This document shows positions 1 to 8,189 of a stretch of DNA of 64,000 nt, one piece after another; the stretch's first letter is position 1; the number at the start of each line of letters is the position of its first letter. The notes under the pieces are model-generated. The model was given only the letters and a program-made list of their open reading frames with translations, had not been told where the DNA came from and did no database searches. Source of the DNA: an uncultured Bacteroidota bacterium (GTDB taxonomy: Bacteria > Bacteroidota > Ignavibacteria > UBA10030 > UBA6906). Position numbers and translations under genes: made by a program. Location: NCBI GenBank assembly GCA_963700635.1, contig CAVOYH010000003.1, positions 1,184,001 through 1,248,000 on the forward strand, read 5' to 3'.

Positions 1-183
1 AACCCGGACCCCACGTACATTTTCACGCATGGCACAGCGCACAAGGGTGCCATCCCGCAGCTCGAGGATGCGCGAAAGTTCTCCGCGGTCGGGATCAAAC
101 GCAAAAGGGACAAGATCGCACCATCCGTGGCTGTACGCGGTACGTCGGAATGAGAAATCGCGCGGAATGTTCAGCAGAACCAT
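1..183 (-). CDS. N-terminal part of a probable HhH-GPD/AlkA-Ogg-type DNA glycosylase (runs off window start)
   Basis: Not in the ORF track. Manual translation from ATG at 183 gives MVLLNIPRDFSFRRTAYSHGWCDLVPFAFDPDRGELSRILEL..., open to base 1. F-S-F-x-x-T-x-x-S-H-G-W-x-x-L-x-P-F resembles the N-terminus of this glycosylase group. Confidence 0.55.
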   Translation of the reverse strand, partial: MVLLNIPRDFSFRRTAYSHGWCDLVPFAFDPDRGELSRILELRDGTLVRCAMRENVRGVRV

Positions 184-245
184 GGAGTCCCCTTCGGCGC
201 AAACCGTTTGTGAATGACGACGGAGCTCCGGAACGTGTGCGCGCT

Positions 246-749
246 TCACACTGCAGGAGGTTGCATCCCGTAGGATGCCCATTCTTCTTTTGTGGGACCG
301 TAGATTCCGGGGAGGCTCAATCCGCATTGTCGCATCACCACCGTCATTTGAGCCCGGTGATGAATCTGATGATGCACGAGAATCTGTAACGTCAGACCCC
401 GCGCCCATGTTTCTCCATACATTTCATCCTCGATCAACAGCGTCGCGTCATCCCAGCCTGCCTTCACCTGTTCGAGAAGCGAGATGGCAACAGTATTGTA
501 TGTATCAAAAATCACCCTGGCTGTTGCGGGGACCGGAGCGTTCTCAGCAGGTCCCGTGAACTGCAGCCCGGTACGGCTGGCCATTTCGGGGATGGACGTT
601 ACGATATGCCACGCCATCCGGCCGAGGGTGCGAACGTCCGCATGGACGACCTTCTGCAGCGTGCCGGTAGTGATATGCTTGAAGATTTTCTGGGTGGACT
701 CCATCTCTGCTTGCCACAGGCGGTCAAAGTCGGCAATATGCCTGATCAT
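246..749 (-). CDS. DinB/YfiT-family metal-dependent protein
   Basis: 167 aa with AWHI and HQIHHRAQ His motifs and a C-terminal PGIYGP. SD-like AGGGAG upstream of the ATG. Confidence 0.85.
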   Translation of the reverse strand: MIRHIADFDRLWQAEMESTQKIFKHITTGTLQKVVHADVRTLGRMAWHIVTSIPEMASRTGLQFTGPAENAPVPATARVIFDTYNTVAISLLEQVKAGWDDATLLIEDEMYGETWARGLTLQILVHHQIHHRAQMTVVMRQCGLSLPGIYGPTKEEWASYGMQPPAV

Positions 750-809
750 GCGGGCTCCCTGTCATGTTGTGGGCTCGTTGTGAGTCTCTCTGGCAACGGT
801 TCAAATGTC

Positions 810-2273
810 CTATTTTACCGCCCATTCCGGTATGATGACAATATCGATCCGACGGTTTTTTGCCCGTCCGGTTTCCGAATCGTTGCTGGCGACGGGTTTG
901 CTTTCGCCGTATCCCTGGGCGACGATGGGGAAATCCCCGCCCATATTGGCCTTCAAGTATTCGGCCACCGCCCGTGCCCGGCTCTCGGAAAGTTTCTGGT
1001 TCAGTTCATCACTGCCGCGGGAGTCGGTGTGGCCTTCCACCGAGATCTGACACTTCCCGAATTTCCGCACGGCGACCTGCACCTTTGTCAGGAGGCCGAA
1101 GAATTGAGGTTCAATCGTATTCTTGCCAACCGGAAATGTCAGTCCATAGAGCCGGATAATCCCGTTTTGGCCATTGCGTACCACCATCCCTTCCTCTTTG
1201 GTGAACATGGCCGTCACATCGGCGAACGTTGCTTCCTGATGTTTCTGGATTGCAATGCGGTGTTTGAGCTCTCGCTCCGCCTCGGTGAGAGTTCCTACGC
1301 GGGCCTCCATGGAAGCAACCTGCTGCTTCAGATTGGCAATCTCTTCTTCGTGCTGTGTGATCGTGGCAGCGTCTTTGAGCGACGTTGCCTCCCGCTGACG
1401 GATTTCCGCTGAGAGTTCCTCGGTCACTGCTTCCGGACCACTGTCGAACCGGGGGGCGATATCCAGGGCTTTTGCAAGAGTTGTCATCTGATTCTCGTAT
1501 CCGAGAATCAGGTCCTCCAGCGTCCGTTCTGATTTCTTGAAATTCTCAATCTGCTGATGTACGGTGATGGCGTGTTGCGCTTCGTATTTGGCCTCCTGTG
1601 CCACCTGGCGGGCTTCGTCGGTGTCATACCGATTGGACTTCAAAAGTTCTTCAACCTGGGTGGTGAGTTTTTCCGCGCGGGCAAGGGTCCCGGGCGCATT
1701 GTCCTGAACGTCCAGTTCTCCGGCCTTCTGCAGAAGGGCGCGAGCAGGCCCGAGATAGTTGCCTTTGATTGCCTCAAGTTCGGCCGTACGATACATGCCT
1801 TCGGCTTCGCTGGCTCTGGCTTTTGCATCATTCACATCGCCGTCTTCGAGATCATACGCCCCCGACCGGAATTGCTCTTCGGCCCTCGTCCACAACTCTG
1901 GTGCAAATTGCGGAGCATCGGCGCTTACTGCATCGTTCCGGGCCTTCATCACTGACGTGAAGGTAATTTCACCCAGCTTGCACCCGTCCAGCGCCTTCTT
2001 GAAGGAAATGCCTGCATCCGCCAGCAACGAACGGATATTGTCCAGATCCTTTCCCTTGTTAAGCGCGTCCTCTGCATCCTGGTACGCATCCAGGCCTTTC
2101 TCGAAGTGCCGGGGAGAATACAGGTGGGCATTCTGTTCTTTTGCGGCCTGGAGGATCTTGTCTGTGTCGCCGAAGAGTTGAGAACGGATAGTACCCTGCG
2201 CGATAGCGGCTGGAGTGAAGATTCCCGTGAGCGCGAGAATCGTGCCGATCACAGCTATTTGAGACAAGCGCAT
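810..2273 (-). CDS. Exported OmpA-family peptidoglycan-binding protein with helical repeats and coiled coil
   Basis: Signal peptide ending AIAQ; C-terminal OmpA_C motifs VEGHTDSRG, NQKLSESRARAV, GYGESKPVASN, NRRIDI. Confidence 0.85.
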   Translation of the reverse strand: MRLSQIAVIGTILALTGIFTPAAIAQGTIRSQLFGDTDKILQAAKEQNAHLYSPRHFEKGLDAYQDAEDALNKGKDLDNIRSLLADAGISFKKALDGCKLGEITFTSVMKARNDAVSADAPQFAPELWTRAEEQFRSGAYDLEDGDVNDAKARASEAEGMYRTAELEAIKGNYLGPARALLQKAGELDVQDNAPGTLARAEKLTTQVEELLKSNRYDTDEARQVAQEAKYEAQHAITVHQQIENFKKSERTLEDLILGYENQMTTLAKALDIAPRFDSGPEAVTEELSAEIRQREATSLKDAATITQHEEEIANLKQQVASMEARVGTLTEAERELKHRIAIQKHQEATFADVTAMFTKEEGMVVRNGQNGIIRLYGLTFPVGKNTIEPQFFGLLTKVQVAVRKFGKCQISVEGHTDSRGSDELNQKLSESRARAVAEYLKANMGGDFPIVAQGYGESKPVASNDSETGRAKNRRIDIVIIPEWAVK

Positions 2274-2321
2274 AATGACCTTTCTGCACGTAGTGTCGGA
2301 CTGTGTGAATAGGGCATTGCC

Positions 2322-2771
2322 CTAGGTACCGGTAAACAGCGACTCGAGATTCAACGTAGGCACGCGGGTTTTACTTGCCAGCGAAACGTACCGCCGGGCC
2401 AGGGTATCTTTGCCGGCACCAAGGACGGTGCTGACAAGTCCGAGGGCTTCTGCATACCCGGCGGGAGGAAGTTCTTTTAGTATCCTCATCCAGATTGCCT
2501 CTTCCAGCACGTTAAATGCTGTCTGCACTTCCCACAGGTCGTACCCGGCTTCAAACCGTTCGTGTGCGATGGACTCTGCGTGCGCGATCATGGGCCCGAG
2601 ATTACGTTCTTTTGCGGCCCTGGTGGTGAGTACAAAAAGCGCCTTTAACCGTTGGTGTGTGCTCTCCGATCCGGCTTTTGCATAGGTGTGGAGGCGTGCG
2701 CGGGTAATGGCTTCTTCGGCGTCGGCAAGGATTTCGGCCGACCGATTATGCAAGAGCGTGTGAATATCCAT
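2322..2771 (-). CDS. Hypothetical all-helical protein, possibly RsbRD-N/globin-like fold
   Basis: Start moved to ATG 2771 (MDIHTLL), which removes the overlap with the Fpg gene. IAHERFEAGYDLWEVQTAFNVLEEAIW resembles non-heme globin-like RsbR N-domains. Confidence 0.5.
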   Translation of the reverse strand: MDIHTLLHNRSAEILADAEEAITRARLHTYAKAGSESTHQRLKALFVLTTRAAKERNLGPMIAHAESIAHERFEAGYDLWEVQTAFNVLEEAIWMRILKELPPAGYAEALGLVSTVLGAGKDTLARRYVSLASKTRVPTLNLESLFTGT

Positions 2772-2869
2772 GTGGTGATCCGTGGTGAAGTAGATGAAGG
2801 GAGTATGACAAAAGGTACGCGGAATCCCGCTCTTTCGCAACGCCACATCCTCCGGCGCAGTATCCGGAT

Positions 2870-3724
2870 TTAGGGCTCCGGCTTTTTCGTCCAATCTATG
2901 AAGCCGACCCGGCGCGCCGGCTGGCAGGCCGGGCAGAAAAACACATCATGTCCGCGCACACCCTCGCGCCGGATGATGGTTCCGCACCGGGGACAGGGTG
3001 CGCCTTTGCGATTGCGCACGTGCATGTGATCGCGGACCTTCACGTGGATGGGTTGACGTGCGCGTGCCACCGCCTGAATCCCCCTGTCGACGACGTCGTG
3101 TATCGCTGCGTACAACCGCTCCTGCTCATGTGGCTCAAGGGTGTTCATAAAAGTCTTCGGATGGATTTGTGCCGCAAAGAGGATCTCATCGGCATAGGCG
3201 TTGCCAATGGTGTTCAGAATCGTATGATCGTTAATCAGGGCGCGCACCTGCTTGCGCGGGTGTTCCTGCACTCTGCGGAGGAATTCTGCAAACGTGAACT
3301 CAGGGGAAAGAATGTCGATACCCAGAGAGTTGAATCCCGGGATGGGGTCGTACTTTCCCGTGTGCACGAGATAGACCTTGACCATCTTATGTTCATCGCA
3401 GATGTTCAGGCGGGTGCCGTCGTGGAGATGGAGGGCCAGGCAGATGTGACCGAGAGATCGGTCGGGTTTACGCTGATGCTGTATCTGTCCGGAAAGCATC
3501 AGATGCACCACAAGTTCAATAGTTGAACTGATGATTACCCGGACGAAGGGCCCGTGGATGTTGATGCCGGTAATCGTGAGGGTCTTGAGCGCGTGTTCGA
3601 GCGGATCTCCGACGGCGTTTCTGAGCACGACCGGCTGGCGCAGCTCCGCTTCGGTGATGGTGCGGTTCACCACAGTGTGGCGGAGATACTCCCTTGTATA
3701 GAGGAGATCGGGAAGTTCTGGCAT
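2870..3724 (-). CDS. Fpg/Nei-family DNA glycosylase/AP lyase
   Basis: N-terminal MPELPD, HLMLSG, H2TH motif IGNAYADEILF, zinc finger CPRC...CPACQ. Confidence 0.9.
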   Translation of the reverse strand: MPELPDLLYTREYLRHTVVNRTITEAELRQPVVLRNAVGDPLEHALKTLTITGINIHGPFVRVIISSTIELVVHLMLSGQIQHQRKPDRSLGHICLALHLHDGTRLNICDEHKMVKVYLVHTGKYDPIPGFNSLGIDILSPEFTFAEFLRRVQEHPRKQVRALINDHTILNTIGNAYADEILFAAQIHPKTFMNTLEPHEQERLYAAIHDVVDRGIQAVARARQPIHVKVRDHMHVRNRKGAPCPRCGTIIRREGVRGHDVFFCPACQPARRVGFIDWTKKPEP

Positions 3725-3748
3725 GGTGTCGAGGGTCTGTCCAGTGTA

Positions 3749-4798
3749 TCAGGGCTGTTTTGTATCCAGCGTTTCAGCCGGTTTTGTGAACCACTCACTC
3801 TCAAAAGCGTAGCTCGCGTTCCGGCCGAGGCGCTGTGCCTCAAAGAGCGCCTTTTTTGCCGTGACGAGAAGTATATCGATGGTGTTGCCGTTGCGTGGAT
3901 ATGCTGCAACCCCGATACTGACGCTTGTCCGTATGTTGTGTGGCGTGTACTGCTGGTCGTGAATCTGCCGGCACAGACGATCAGCGAAGTCCCGGCACCC
4001 CTCCAAACCGGTGTTTGAAAGCAAGAGGATGAACTCATCAAACCCGTAGCGGGCCGCGGCGTCGATCGGACGGAGTTGAACCTGTACCAGGCTTCCCAGC
4101 TCTTTGAGCAGCTGGCGTGAGGCTTCAAACCCGAACGTGTTTACGGTGTCCTTAAAATTGTCCACGTCCAGAATGAGGACTGCAAAACCTTCACCAAATT
4201 CATCCGCACGCTGTATCGCGGCCTTGACCTTCTCCAGAAAGGGGGGATACTTTTCAAGACCGGTTTCCCGGTCAGTTCTGTCAAGCCGGATATTTTCTTC
4301 ACGGAGCAGGGACTTCGTGAGCGCGATACCGGCGATGTCCGCAAACAACTGAAGCATTTCGACGTCGGCCTGAGAGAATGTTCCCGGCTCTGCGCTGTCG
4401 GCGTGCAGGTATCCGAGTGTACGCTGATCAACCGTAATCTGGACACAGATACATGATCCGAACGGATGTTCAAGCGCGACCTCCCCCGCAAGCGACGGTT
4501 CGGCGCTGCTGTCAGGGATGACGATGGGCTTTCCCGTCCAGAGAAGATGTCCGATGGCGGTTGTTGCGATGCGGCGACGGAATGAATTGCAGAATGTCAG
4601 GGAGAGATTGTGGCACTGGTCGATCCGGAGGTATTCGGTGTTTGGATCGATCAGGGCTATGGCACAGGTCTGGCACTTATAGGATCGGACGATGCGGTCC
4701 ACCACGAGGGAAAGAACCCGCTCGTAATGTGTTGTGGCTTTGAGGGTATGGACGATCTCGGCGAAATAGCTGAAGCACAGTTCGTTGATCGGGTGCAT
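3749..4798 (-). CDS. GAF + degenerate GGDEF-domain protein
   Basis: GAF region (CICVQITVDQRTLGYLHAD...FSQADVEMLQLFA), then LDVDNFK, RPIDAAARYGFDEF, TSVSIGVA and KRLGRN-like QRLGRN. Start set at ATG 4798, with GGAGG 9 nt upstream. Confidence 0.85.
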   Translation of the reverse strand: MHPINELCFSYFAEIVHTLKATTHYERVLSLVVDRIVRSYKCQTCAIALIDPNTEYLRIDQCHNLSLTFCNSFRRRIATTAIGHLLWTGKPIVIPDSSAEPSLAGEVALEHPFGSCICVQITVDQRTLGYLHADSAEPGTFSQADVEMLQLFADIAGIALTKSLLREENIRLDRTDRETGLEKYPPFLEKVKAAIQRADEFGEGFAVLILDVDNFKDTVNTFGFEASRQLLKELGSLVQVQLRPIDAAARYGFDEFILLLSNTGLEGCRDFADRLCRQIHDQQYTPHNIRTSVSIGVAAYPRNGNTIDILLVTAKKALFEAQRLGRNASYAFESEWFTKPAETLDTKQP

Positions 4799-4897
4799 GG
4801 TTTTCATCCTCCGGCTCTGGTTGATGATCCCGAACCCTGATGTAATCTGCAAAGAAAGATCGTTTATGTCAACGGCAGGCCATGGACTGTTGCGTAC

Positions 4898-4926
4898 TTG
4901 CATTTTGCTCCCGACAAGTGTATACT
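4898..4926 (+). promoter_or_regulatory. sigma70-type promoter of the thiamine operon
   Basis: TTGCAT-N17-TATACT immediately upstream of the TPP aptamer. Confidence 0.65.
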
Positions 4927-4934
4927 TCACCATA

Positions 4935-5017
4935 CCGTTAGGGGTGTCCTGCACGACCTGCAGGACTGAGAGTAGACCCTGGAACCTGATCTGGATTATG
5001 CCAGCGTAGGGAAACGG
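4935..5017 (+). ncRNA. TPP (thiamine pyrophosphate) riboswitch aptamer
   Basis: Conserved blocks GGGGTG...CTGAGA...ACCCT-GGAACCTGATCTGGATTATGCCAGCGTAGGGAA. P1 is CCGTT(4935-4939)/AACGG(5013-5017). Lies upstream of thiamine salvage genes. Confidence 0.95.
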
Positions 5018-5044
5018 ACACAACGATGTGTTCGCCTCATGCAA

Positions 5045-5090
5045 GCCGTCTCTCCAGATTATTCCCCCACGGAGAAACGGCCTTTTTTTT
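5045..5090 (+). terminator. Intrinsic terminator forming the riboswitch expression platform
   Basis: Stem GCCGTcTCTCC/GGAGAaACGGC followed by a T8 run, between the aptamer and the SD/ATG. Confidence 0.75.
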
Positions 5091-5108
5091 GTCGGGCAGG
5101 AGGAACAC

Positions 5109-7529
5109 ATGAAACACCTGATCATTCTCCTCATTCTGGGCGTCACCGTGCCGCATGTTTCTGGTGCGACAGGCGGTATACTTAACGTTACCGTCATCGA
5201 TGGGGAGAGCAGCCGGGCGCTTGCCGGCGCGCACGTGAGCATTCCGGGAACAACCGCGGGGGGTTCAACTGACACGAACGGGGTGTGCGTGTTATCCGGA
5301 GTACCTGCCGGCACCGCACTCCTTCGCGTGTCGTTTGTAGGATACACGCCTTCGGCACGTCACGTGGATATCACGGAGGGTGTGATCACCAGCGTGAGCG
5401 TTACACTCCGACCTGCCGTCATTCCCGGTCAGCCGATAACAGTCACGGCAACCCGGGGCCGTGACCGCGAGACGCCGGCGACGTTCTCGACGTTGGATCG
5501 CATGGCAATCCGCGAACGGCATCCGACTCAGGATATCCCGGTATTGCTCTCCGAACTCCCGTCCACCACGTACTACTCGGAAAGCGGCAACGGGATCGGG
5601 TACACCTATCTTAACATACGCGGCTTTGACGCACGCCGTGTCGCTGTGTTTGTGAACGGCGTTCCGCAGAACGATCCCGAGGATCACAATGTGTACTGGT
5701 TGGATTTCCCGGACCTCGCGGCGAGCGCGGAAGACATCCAGGTACAGCGGGGCGCAGGGAGTGCCTTTTATGGCGCCCCGGCTATCGGGGGATCAGTAAA
5801 TCTTGTAACCTCACAGTTTGGCCGCGAACGTTCCCTGCAGGTCTCTGCAGGCGTCGGCAGCAACAACACGCGCAAGTACTCCGTATCATTCTCATCCGGG
5901 TTGGTGGAGAAACGTTATGCCATGCACGCCCGCCTTTCGAAACTTCTGAGCAGCGGATACCGCGACAGATCATGGGTGGATTTTAGCAGCTATTTTCTGG
6001 GATTCGCGCGCTACGACGAATCGATGACCACTCAGCTGCACGTCTACGGCGGCCCCATCGCCGATGGCCTTGCGTACTACGGCATTCCCAAAGAGGATGT
6101 GAAGAATCCGGACCGGCGGCGCAGCAACCCCATCACCCGTCCGGAAGAGATCGAAAACTTCTCCCAACCCCACTTCGAGCTTCTTCACGAGTGGCGTCTG
6201 GGGGCAGGGTTGACGCTCAACACCACCGCTTTTCTTATTCTGGGAGACGGCTTTTTTGATTATGACGGGTCCTGGGCTCCGTATTCCTACTATCGCATCA
6301 CTGAAGGAAATGGATTCGCCATTACAGGTGATCCCGATACTCTGTACCTGCCCGGTGCCCTCATCCGGGCTCAGGTGACAAACCGGCAATGGGGATTTCT
6401 GCCCCGACTGACCTGGCGACACCCCGGCGGCGAAATCATTGTCGGAGGAGAATTCCGACTTCACCGTTCAGAACACTGGGGGCGTTTGCAGTGGACACAG
6501 GAACTCCCCGCAGGCGTGCCTTTTGACTATCGTTACTACGACTACCGGGGAGCAAAAGACATCATGTCTGCCTATGCCCATGCGCTCCAGGAAATTTCTG
6601 AGGGGGTGAAGGTGATGGCTTCACTCCACTATGCGTTTAACCGTTACCGCCTGTTCGAAGAAAAATTTGTGGGGACAGATTTTACGGTTCCGTATCATTT
6701 TGTGAACCCCCGGTTCGGGGTGAACTACAATCTGGATGAACACTGGAACACCTACATAAGCATCGCGTATACCACTCGTGAACCACGGCTCAAGAACCTG
6801 TATGATGCTGCCGAAGCCAGCACTCCCGCGTCATGGGGAATGGTGAGTCCACAATTTGCGACGGATCCATCGGGCCGACCCGACTTCCGGCGCCCCCTGG
6901 TGAAACCGGAGTCGCTCCTCGATGTTGAATTCGGATGCGGCTACATATCGGACATCGCCCGGGTGTCCGGCAATCTGTACTGGATGGAATTCACGGATGA
7001 AATCGTGAAGAGCGGTCAGGTCGACCGTTTCGGACAGCCGGTTACCGGAAATGCGGATCGTACACGCCATCTCGGCATCGAGGTGAGCGGAGCGGTGCGC
7101 CTGACGAACGCCCTGGACATTGCAGCGAATGCCACTTTCGGCCACAACCGGTTTATCCGGCACACCGACTTCTCCACCGGACGCCCGCTTGCTCTTGACA
7201 ATAATCCCATCGCAGGATTCCCCGATCTGCTTGCACATGTCCGGATGACATTCCGCCACGATGCGTTTGCCCTGTCACTGTCAGGCCGGTATGTCGGCAA
7301 ACAATTCACGGACAATTTCCGGGATGAACGCAACACCGTTGACCCATTCTTCGTGAACGACGCCTCTGTGTCGTATACGTTTGCTGATCTTCTTGATAAT
7401 GTCGATGTTGAAACCAGGGTGCAGGTGCAAAACGTTTTCAACGTATTGTATGCGGCCCACGGGGAAGGGAATCAGTTCTTCGTAGGTGCGGAGCGAAGCG
7501 TCTACGTTCAGCTCTCCCTGAACCTGTAA
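5109..7529 (+). CDS. TonB-dependent receptor, probable thiamine outer-membrane transporter
   Basis: Signal peptide MKHLIILL; carboxypeptidase-regulatory-like domain; plug motifs IRGFD, NGVPQND, IQVQRGAG, GGSVN; barrel end. First gene under the TPP riboswitch; SD CAGGAGG. Confidence 0.9.
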   Translation: MKHLIILLILGVTVPHVSGATGGILNVTVIDGESSRALAGAHVSIPGTTAGGSTDTNGVCVLSGVPAGTALLRVSFVGYTPSARHVDITEGVITSVSVTLRPAVIPGQPITVTATRGRDRETPATFSTLDRMAIRERHPTQDIPVLLSELPSTTYYSESGNGIGYTYLNIRGFDARRVAVFVNGVPQNDPEDHNVYWLDFPDLAASAEDIQVQRGAGSAFYGAPAIGGSVNLVTSQFGRERSLQVSAGVGSNNTRKYSVSFSSGLVEKRYAMHARLSKLLSSGYRDRSWVDFSSYFLGFARYDESMTTQLHVYGGPIADGLAYYGIPKEDVKNPDRRRSNPITRPEEIENFSQPHFELLHEWRLGAGLTLNTTAFLILGDGFFDYDGSWAPYSYYRITEGNGFAITGDPDTLYLPGALIRAQVTNRQWGFLPRLTWRHPGGEIIVGGEFRLHRSEHWGRLQWTQELPAGVPFDYRYYDYRGAKDIMSAYAHALQEISEGVKVMASLHYAFNRYRLFEEKFVGTDFTVPYHFVNPRFGVNYNLDEHWNTYISIAYTTREPRLKNLYDAAEASTPASWGMVSPQFATDPSGRPDFRRPLVKPESLLDVEFGCGYISDIARVSGNLYWMEFTDEIVKSGQVDRFGQPVTGNADRTRHLGIEVSGAVRLTNALDIAANATFGHNRFIRHTDFSTGRPLALDNNPIAGFPDLLAHVRMTFRHDAFALSLSGRYVGKQFTDNFRDERNTVDPFFVNDASVSYTFADLLDNVDVETRVQVQNVFNVLYAAHGEGNQFFVGAERSVYVQLSLNL

Positions 7530-7546
7530 CCGGAAAGGTGCACAGT

Positions 7547-8182
7547 ATGACGACACTTCTCCTGTGTAATGGAGAGCCCCCTTCCCGTCCGTTCGCCCGT
7601 CGGCTTCAGCGCATGGCGAGCCGCGTCGTTGTCGCCGACGGCGGGGCAAATCTGGCCCGCCAGCTTGGTTTGACGCCGGACCTTATTATAGGTGATCTGG
7701 ATTCGATTACCCCGGCCACTCGGCGTGCGTTTGCCGGTGTCCGGACACTCCGGATACGCCGCCAGGACAATACGGACATGGAAAAGGCGCTTGATCATAT
7801 CCGTTCCGACGGGAAGGGGAGCGTGATTGTGCTTGGCGCGACAGGGCGCCGCATTGATATGACATTAGCCAATTTTTCGGTGTGCTGGCGGTACACTTCC
7901 GTGCTTGATATCATCATTGCCAATGACGGATGGTATGCCGTGCCTCTGCGCGGAAGGCGTACGTTTGAAGCACCGGCAGGAACCAGGGTGAGTCTTGTCC
8001 CGTTTGGACCTTGCGGGGGAATTACCGTGCGGGGGTTACGATTCCCGCTGATCCGCGGGCGGCTGCGTGTGGGTGAAGTTGCGGTGAGCAATGTCGTCCG
8101 CTCCCGCCGGTTCAGCGTTACTGTCGAACGTGGTAATCTCCTCGTCGTGGTGTTTGGCACATGGTCTGGCGACACACGATGA
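7547..8182 (+). CDS. thiN: Thiamine pyrophosphokinase
   Basis: VADGGAN, PDLIIGDLDS, QDNTDMEKAL, LGATGRRIDMTLAN and VSN motifs. Confidence 0.92.
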   Translation: MTTLLLCNGEPPSRPFARRLQRMASRVVVADGGANLARQLGLTPDLIIGDLDSITPATRRAFAGVRTLRIRRQDNTDMEKALDHIRSDGKGSVIVLGATGRRIDMTLANFSVCWRYTSVLDIIIANDGWYAVPLRGRRTFEAPAGTRVSLVPFGPCGGITVRGLRFPLIRGRLRVGEVAVSNVVRSRRFSVTVERGNLLVVVFGTWSGDTR

Positions 8183-8189
8183 GCCATCA

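Noticed and set aside
4799-5347. 183-aa N-terminal extension of the GGDEF ORF given in the track
   Set aside because: It runs antisense through the promoter, TPP riboswitch and TBDT start; a good SD/ATG exists at 4798.
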